DNA of 6,702 nucleotides from a virus (taxonomy: Duplodnaviria; Heunggongvirae; Uroviricota; Caudoviricetes). Positions 5,571 through 6,702 of the stretch are shown here, in pieces. A program made the translations under genes and the position numbers. The notes beneath the pieces were generated by a model. The model was not told where the DNA came from, did no database searches, and saw nothing but the letters and a program-made list of their open reading frames with translations. Position 1 is the first letter of the stretch; each line of letters opens with the position of its first letter. The stretch lies in IMG/VR virus record IMGVR_UViG_2565956721_000006; one strand, written 5' to 3'.

Positions 5571-6702
5571 ACCCCGATCTCACAAAATCTCTATACCCAA
5601 TTTATATTGCAAATTAGATAAGCGAACCGGAAAGGTATATTGGCAATACAAACATCCACTATCCGGTCGTTTTCATAGCTTAGGAACTGATGAGAATGAA
5701 GCAAAACAAGTTGCTACTGAAGCAAATACCATTATTGCTGAACAACGTACCAGACAAATATTAAGCGTCAATGAGCGTCTGGAAAGAATGAAAGGCAGGC
5801 GCTCAGACATTACGGTGACAGAATGGCTTGATAAATATATTTCTATCCAAGAGGACAGGCTGCAACATAATGAACTAAGACCCAACTCCTATCGGCAAAA
5901 AGGCAAACCCATTCGTCTTTTCCGTGAGCATTGTGGAATGCAACACCTCAAGGATATTACCGCACTTGATATTGCCGAAATAATTGATGCTGTAAAGGCT
6001 GAAGGTCATAACAGGATGGCGCAAGTCGTGAGAATGGTGTTGATCGACGTCTTCAAAGAAGCACAACACGCAGGACATGTTCCGCCAGGATTTAACCCAG
6101 CGCAGGCAACAAAACAACCGCGAAATCGAGTAAACCGCCAAAGATTGTCACTGCCCGAATGGCAGGCAATATTTGACAGCGTAAGCAGACGGCAGCCCTA
6201 TTTAAAATGCGGCATGCTACTTGCTCTTGTTACTGGACAACGTTTAGGCGATATCTGCAATTTGAAATTCTCTGATATATGGGACGACATGTTGCACATT
6301 ACTCAGGAAAAAACCGGTTCAAAACTTGCTATTCCGCTTAACCTGAAATGCGATGCTCTGAATATTACCCTTCGTGAAGTTATATCTCAGTGCAGGGATG
6401 CTGTTGTTAGTAAATATCTGGTCCATTACCGTCACACTACCTCTCAAGCAAACAGAGGAGACCAGGTTTCTGCGAATACTCTGACAACGGCTTTTAAAAA
6501 GGCCCGGGAAAAATGTGGCATAAAATGGGAGCAAGGAACTGCGCCCACATTTCATGAGCAGCGATCTCTGTCAGAACGGTTATATCGGGAACAGGGTCTG
6601 GATACGCAAAAGTTGTTAGGCCATAAATCCAGAAAAATGACCGACCGATACAATGATGATCGTGGTAAAGACTGGATTATCGTAGATATCAAAACAGCAT
6701 AG
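5560..6702 (+). CDS. int: Tyrosine site-specific integrase (lambda Int family, non-lambda allele)
   Basis: 380-aa product; C-terminal catalytic motifs LALVTGQRLGDI, FHEQRSLSERLY, LLGHKS, RYNDDRG align with lambda Int R212, H308/R311, H333 and Y342 blocks. N-terminal half differs from lambda Int. Window ends at its stop codon. Confidence 0.95.
   Translation: MAARPRSHKISIPNLYCKLDKRTGKVYWQYKHPLSGRFHSLGTDENEAKQVATEANTIIAEQRTRQILSVNERLERMKGRRSDITVTEWLDKYISIQEDRLQHNELRPNSYRQKGKPIRLFREHCGMQHLKDITALDIAEIIDAVKAEGHNRMAQVVRMVLIDVFKEAQHAGHVPPGFNPAQATKQPRNRVNRQRLSLPEWQAIFDSVSRRQPYLKCGMLLALVTGQRLGDICNLKFSDIWDDMLHITQEKTGSKLAIPLNLKCDALNITLREVISQCRDAVVSKYLVHYRHTTSQANRGDQVSANTLTTAFKKAREKCGIKWEQGTAPTFHEQRSLSERLYREQGLDTQKLLGHKSRKMTDRYNDDRGKDWIIVDIKTA

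Noticed and set aside
5673-6555. - strand ORFs inside int (5673..5885, 5875..6141, 6319..6555)
   Set aside because: Embedded antisense in a recognised integrase gene with intact catalytic motifs.
1-6702. CRISPR array, tRNA/rRNA genes, attP core, nutL
   Set aside because: No regularly spaced repeats or RNA gene structure seen; attP lies downstream of int and nutL upstream of N, both outside the window.

Overview
This window is the early-left (pL) operon of a lambdoid prophage, from sieB through to the integrase stop codon, with all operon genes on the + strand. Identified by reading the translations and by recall of phage lambda (no database search was possible): orf28, ral, ea10, cIII, kil, gam, bet, exo, orf60a, orf63, a TraR/DksA-like Orf73 and an ea22-like region. 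These are followed by an AT-rich junction and a non-lambda xis-int module (380-aa tyrosine integrase). The left edge is a partial IS3-family insertion sequence (IS629/IS1203-like, minus strand) whose terminal TGA is the stop codon of a truncated sieB. Apparent lesions relative to lambda are: a +1 shift that breaks the GamL extension while GamS stays intact, ea22 split into two overlapping frames, and a broken orf61 region. Ral, Ea10, CIII, Kil, GamS, Bet, Exo, Xis and Int are intact. No CRISPR array, tRNA or rRNA was seen. I did not find a clearly novel multi-gene system; the most notable items are the IS-truncated sieB, the frame disruptions and the ASCH-like motif in the ea22-like ORF.
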